Below are positions 60,004 through 64,000 of a stretch of DNA of 64,000 bases, in pieces. The stretch is taken from the NCBI GenBank assembly GCA_965223345.1, contig CBDCWG010000012.1, positions 576,001 to 640,000 on the forward strand, read 5' to 3'. The position numbers and the translations under genes were made by a program. Position 1 is the stretch's first letter; the number at the start of each line of letters is the position of its first letter. Below the pieces are notes generated by a model. The model saw nothing but the letters and a program-made list of their open reading frames with translations, ran no database searches and had not been told where the DNA came from. Source of the stretch: Nitrospinales bacterium. GTDB lineage: Bacteria > Nitrospinota > Nitrospinia > Nitrospinales > VA-1.

Positions 60004-61683
60004 TCACGTCCGGTTGATGAGCGTGTCGAACAATTCCTCGACGGTGCTGATGAGCCGCGCCGAAGCGTTGAACGCCTGCTGGAACTTGATCAGCCGGATC
60101 ATCTCTTCATCGATGGACACGCCGGAAATGCTTTCGCGCCTATTGTTGAGCTGCAGCAGCACGCCTTCCTGCTGCGCCACCGAAGCCTGCGCCGACTGCG
60201 ACTGCACGCCGATGGCGCCGACGATGGCGTTGTAGAACTCGTCGAAGGTGAACGCGCCGGATCCCGATTGCAGCGTCACGCTGTTGAAGGTGAGTTCGTT
60301 CTGCAGGTCCGCCAGATCGAGCGCGTTGGCGCCGTCGCCGTTGGTGGTCTCGCCGGCGGCGATCTTGCTCGAGTCGGTAGAAACAGCGCTGGACACCGCG
60401 ATCGTCGCCGCGGCGTTTTCGGACACGGAGAACGTGAAGCGGTCGCCGGCGGCGCCCGATCCCGTGATGGTGACCGCAAACCCGCCCGCCAGGTTGAAGG
60501 CGCTGCCGGGTGTGAAGGTGAAGGTTCCGGAGGCGAATCCCGTGGTCAGGTTGTTGAGGGTGAATGCGTTCGCGCCGGTGAACGCCAGCTCGTACTCGTC
60601 CACCGAGACCGTAGTGGGGCTGGCGTTCTGCACCGATACGACGGCGCTGCCCGTGTTGTTGATGTCGGTGAACACGGTGGGGTTGAGCGGCTCGAAAAAA
60701 TTGACGCCGGTGCTGCCGTTGAGTCCGAAGCCCTGCTGGTGCACGCGGTTGAACTCCTGCACTAAGCCCGCCGCCAGGCGGTTGAGTTTTTCCAGCACGC
60801 CGGCCACTTCCACATCGCGCATGTCCAGGTAACCGCGCAGGCCGCCGCCCTGCAGGGTGCTGGTGATGTTGCGCGTGCCGCCCGCGCCGTCGCTGATGAA
60901 CACGTCGAGAAACGAATTGTTGTTGCCGTTGAGCCCGGTGCTCAAGGAGAACACGGTGTCCTTCAGCAGCAGCGGCGTGCCGTCGCGCAGCGTCAGGCTG
61001 ATCTGCCCGTCCGATTCGTTGACGAAGCTGATGTCGAGCTTTTCGGATAGTTCCTTGACGAGCACGTCGCGCTTGTCGCGCAGGTCGTTGGCGGCAAACT
61101 CGCCCGATTCGCTGCCGAAGATGGCCTTGTTGAGCTTGGCGATCTCGCTGGTGAGCGAGTTGATCTCGCTGATCTCGTCGCTGATGATGGCGTCGAGGTC
61201 GCGCTGCAGCGTGAACAATCCGTCTCCCAGCGTGTTGAACACCGAGGTGAGCGATTGCGCCTGCCCGAGGATGGCCGCCCGTTCGGGCAAACCGCGCGGA
61301 TTGGTGGAGAGATCCTGAAACCCGGCGAAGAACTGGCTGAACTCGCTGTTGAGGCTTCTGCCCTGGTTTTCGTTGAACAGCAGCTCCAGCTGGTCGAACA
61401 CGTCCTTGCGCACCTTGAAGTTTCCGGTCGGGTCGCCTTCGGCGAGGATCTGCAGGAACAGGAACTGGTCGGACACCCGCTCGATGCCGCTGACGCGCAC
61501 GCCCGTTCCCAGCTCCCCCTGGGCGACGGTGCGCGGCGTGTTGGCCGTGAGGATCACGTCCTGACGCGAGTACCCCTCGGTCTCGACGTTGGCGATGTTC
61601 TGGCCGGTCACCTCGATGGCGAGCTGCTGGGACAAAAGCCCCAGCTTGGCCGTGTTCAGGATGCTGAAAATATTTGACGACAT
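60004..61683 (-). CDS. flgK: Flagellar hook-associated protein 1
   Basis: TGQNIANVETEGYSRQ, NDLRDKRD and SISGVSIDEEM..LIKFQQAFNASAR. Confidence 0.96.
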   Translation of the reverse strand: MSSNIFSILNTAKLGLLSQQLAIEVTGQNIANVETEGYSRQDVILTANTPRTVAQGELGTGVRVSGIERVSDQFLFLQILAEGDPTGNFKVRKDVFDQLELLFNENQGRSLNSEFSQFFAGFQDLSTNPRGLPERAAILGQAQSLTSVFNTLGDGLFTLQRDLDAIISDEISEINSLTSEIAKLNKAIFGSESGEFAANDLRDKRDVLVKELSEKLDISFVNESDGQISLTLRDGTPLLLKDTVFSLSTGLNGNNNSFLDVFISDGAGGTRNITSTLQGGGLRGYLDMRDVEVAGVLEKLNRLAAGLVQEFNRVHQQGFGLNGSTGVNFFEPLNPTVFTDINNTGSAVVSVQNASPTTVSVDEYELAFTGANAFTLNNLTTGFASGTFTFTPGSAFNLAGGFAVTITGSGAAGDRFTFSVSENAAATIAVSSAVSTDSSKIAAGETTNGDGANALDLADLQNELTFNSVTLQSGSGAFTFDEFYNAIVGAIGVQSQSAQASVAQQEGVLLQLNNRRESISGVSIDEEMIRLIKFQQAFNASARLISTVEELFDTLINRT

Positions 61684-61705
61684 AAAAACTCAGCGCGGCG
61701 AAGAT

Positions 61706-62209
61706 TCAGACATCGAGGCTCAGCATTTTTCCCTGCGGCTTGGCCTCGGGAATCCTGCCGTTGGCGCGGTACGGCGTGGACGCGGCCTCGACGGTGGAAT
61801 GGATGAACGCCATCGAGCGTTTCATCGACAAGGACGAATGGTCCATCAGCCCTTTGATGCGCTCGTGCAGCTCGTTGATGGTGGCGATCTGCGCCAGCAG
61901 CGTTTCCCGGCGTTCGGCGAGCTGTTCGCCGATCGGGTCCTGCGTCATCTGGATCAGGTTTTTCAGCGTCAGGCCGGGGCGGGTGACGCACAGTTTTTCC
62001 TCGATCTTCTGCATCAGCCGGGAACGGTCTCTTTCCAGGATCTGCATCTGATCCACCAGACCTTCTTTTTTATCCATGATCTGCTGCAGCGATTCCAGCG
62101 AGTACTCCGTGATGCAGGTCCACTGTTCCTCGAGCAGACGGATGAAACGGTCGTAAAGGTCGATTTTCTTTTCGATCAATGCTTTCAGATCCTGCAGGTG
62201 CCTGTTCAT
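61706..62209 (-). CDS. flgN: Flagellar export chaperone
   Basis: Helical 167-aa protein between flgJ and flgK, the canonical position. Confidence 0.8.
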   Translation of the reverse strand: MNRHLQDLKALIEKKIDLYDRFIRLLEEQWTCITEYSLESLQQIMDKKEGLVDQMQILERDRSRLMQKIEEKLCVTRPGLTLKNLIQMTQDPIGEQLAERRETLLAQIATINELHERIKGLMDHSSLSMKRSMAFIHSTVEAASTPYRANGRIPEAKPQGKMLSLDV

Positions 62210-62631
62210 CGTTCAACCTCCTTCGGTTGTGCCAGCGTGAATGACGTTGCTTCTGTCCCCGCCTGCCGCTTCCCCTCTTCCGCCGGCCCGCTCTCGCTGT
62301 CCCCGCGCAGACGGCTGAACTGGTTGTACAAGGCGTCGGCCAGGCCGATTCCCCTGGCTTCGGACACCTTCGCCGCCACTTCCTCATCGAACAGGGACTG
62401 GTACATGTCGCCGGAAAAACTCCGCATGAGTTCCGACTTCGGCACCGTCTGCCGCATTTCCTTGAGGAGCAGGTTCACGAAGATCGACTCGAATTTCTTG
62501 GCGAGGCTTTTGAGCTCGGCGTCGTCTTTTTTCCCGACCGAGTCGGCCTCGCGCGCGAGTTGGCCGATCCTGTTATCCTGCATGCGGGACAAGGCGTTGT
62601 GCTGTGAGCCTGTGGGAGAGAGGTATTCCAT
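62206..62631 (-). CDS. flgJ: Rod-binding FlgJ (no muramidase domain)
   Basis: KFESIFVNLLLKEMRQTVP...MYQSLFDEE..GIGLADALYNQ. Confidence 0.9.
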   Translation of the reverse strand: MEYLSPTGSQHNALSRMQDNRIGQLAREADSVGKKDDAELKSLAKKFESIFVNLLLKEMRQTVPKSELMRSFSGDMYQSLFDEEVAAKVSEARGIGLADALYNQFSRLRGDSESGPAEEGKRQAGTEATSFTLAQPKEVER

Positions 62632-62684
62632 ATCAACCCGATAGCGTTAAAAACTACAAAGATTTACACCTGGAACCGATCTAT

Positions 62685-62700
62685 TGCACACGATGTGCCA
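62685..62700 (-). promoter_or_regulatory. sigma54 promoter for flgJNKL
   Basis: Minus strand TGGCACATCGTGTGCA. Palindromic AAGGGAAAAATTTTCCCCTT about 150 bp upstream is a candidate activator site. Confidence 0.75.
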
Positions 62701-62938
62701 AATACAGGCGTTTTCATCCCGCCCCCAGCGCCCCCGCAATAACCCCCGAATTCTAAAAGATTATTCAAACCCAGGCGGGCCCCCGAGCCCATATCGCCCC
62801 CGATCCACCGGTGCGAAACGCCTGCAAGACGCAGCCTGGCGCACGCGCAAAAGGGAAAAATTTTCCCCTTGCGGCAAATACCGGCCGCGCAACGGCTTCC
62901 CGGGATTGAGAGGTAAAAACGGCCGCCAGGAGCGCGGC

Positions 62939-64000
62939 TCAGATGATCTCCAGCTCGGCGTGCAGGGCTCCGGCCACTTTGATGGCCTGCAGGATGGCGA
63001 TGAGATCGCGCGGGGTCACGCCGATGGCGTTGAGGCCGTTGACCACCTCTCCCAGCGAAACCCCCTTGGGGACGACGAGCAGCCGGTCCTCGCCTTCCTT
63101 GACGCGCAGACGCGTGCGGGGCACCACGACGGTCTCGCCGCGCGGCGACAACGGCGACGGCTGGGAGACGGTGGGTTCCTCGGTGATCTGGATGAACAGG
63201 TTGCCGTGCGCGACGGCGACGGCAGAGATCTTCACGTTTTCGCCCATGACGATGGTGCCGGTGCGCTCGTCGAGGATCACGCGCGCCACGGTGTCCGGCT
63301 CCACATTGAGCGATTCGATGCGGGTGACGAACTGCGAGGTGCGGTCCTTGTAGAACGGCGGCACGGCGACGCGGATGGTGCGCCCGTCCACGGTGCTGGC
63401 CAGCATGTCCTTGAGCGTGTCGTTGATGACCTGGGCCAGGCGGCTGGCGGTGGTGAAATCGGTTTTCTTGAGGGTGAGGAAAATCTCCTCCTTGGAATTG
63501 AAATCGTTGGGCAGCTCGCGCTCGATGAACGCGCCATTGGCGATGCGGCCGACCGTAAGGTGGTTTTTCTGCACGCCGCGCGCCTGCCCCTGCACCGAAA
63601 AGCCGCCGATCGACAGCGCCCCCTGAGCCACGGCGTAGGTCTTGCCGTCGGGGCCCTTGAGCGGGGTCATCAGCAGGGTGCCGCCCTGCAGGCTTTTCGC
63701 GTCCCCCATCGAGGAGACCATCACGTCGATCTTGTCGCCCTGGCGGGCGAAGGCGGGATAATCCGCCGTCACCATGACGGTGGCGACGTTTTTGAATTTC
63801 AACTGGTCCACTTCCGTATCGGGGACGGTGATCCCCATCTTGGTGAGCATGCTGACCAGGGTCTGGATGGAGAAAAACACGTTGGTGGCGCTGTCGCCGG
63901 TGCCCGCCAGACCAATGATGAGGCCGAAGCCGATCAGCTGGTTGCTGCGCACGCCGCGCACGCTGGTCAGATCCTTGATGCGCACGGCATACGCACTCTC
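62939..64000 (-). CDS. flgI: Flagellar P-ring protein, 5'-truncated by the window edge
   Basis: RIKDL..GVRSNQLIGFGL..GL.GTGD, DAKSLQGGTLLMTPL and GALHAEL. The frame is open to the window end. Confidence 0.97.
   Translation of the reverse strand, partial: ESAYAVRIKDLTSVRGVRSNQLIGFGLIIGLAGTGDSATNVFFSIQTLVSMLTKMGITVPDTEVDQLKFKNVATVMVTADYPAFARQGDKIDVMVSSMGDAKSLQGGTLLMTPLKGPDGKTYAVAQGALSIGGFSVQGQARGVQKNHLTVGRIANGAFIERELPNDFNSKEEIFLTLKKTDFTTASRLAQVINDTLKDMLASTVDGRTIRVAVPPFYKDRTSQFVTRIESLNVEPDTVARVILDERTGTIVMGENVKISAVAVAHGNLFIQITEEPTVSQPSPLSPRGETVVVPRTRLRVKEGEDRLLVVPKGVSLGEVVNGLNAIGVTPRDLIAILQAIKVAGALHAELEII

Noticed and set aside
58418..60235. 605-aa plus-strand ORF
   Set aside because: Antisense shadow of GC-rich flgL/flgK, with no recognisable motifs.
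61589..62644. 351-aa plus-strand ORF
   Set aside because: Antisense to flgN and flgJ.

Overview
Bacterial chromosome window with a GC-rich core (by eye) interrupted by AT-richer accessory DNA. The gene repertoire suggests a Nitrospina-like Gram-negative bacterium, but this is inference only. Layout: (1) 1-3097, a small accessory tract at the 3' end of tmRNA (ssrA, 3098-3458, minus strand) with two tandem Cys-rich secreted paralogs. (2) 3.6-14.6 kb, core genes: GT4, TMTC-like GT-C/TPR protein, CheY-like receiver, TetR, an ABC importer, purD and isoaspartyl peptidase/asparaginase. (3) About 14.65-46.9 kb, an AT-rich composite island. It holds an orphan R-M controller gene with its C-box, a decayed nuclease, two tyrosine integrases (one frameshifted), a Wzx/Wzy exopolysaccharide locus with sigma54 promoters, galE, a nonsense-inactivated IS3 with a 4-bp target duplication, and a phage-like repressor switch. 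(4) tRNA-Thr(CGT), followed by a variable tract containing a sigma54 promoter, a tRNA-like structured RNA and an SPFH (slipin) gene. (5) A Pal-like lipoprotein with a long 108-bp repeat linker, a two-component pair, an M28 peptidase, and flgI-flgJ-flgN-flgK-flgL. The best novelty candidates are the sigma54/tRNA-like RNA/slipin module, the NTase-kinase/APH-kinase/methyltransferase module in the EPS locus, and the repeat-extended Pal. All family calls come from reading motifs by eye; no database search was run.
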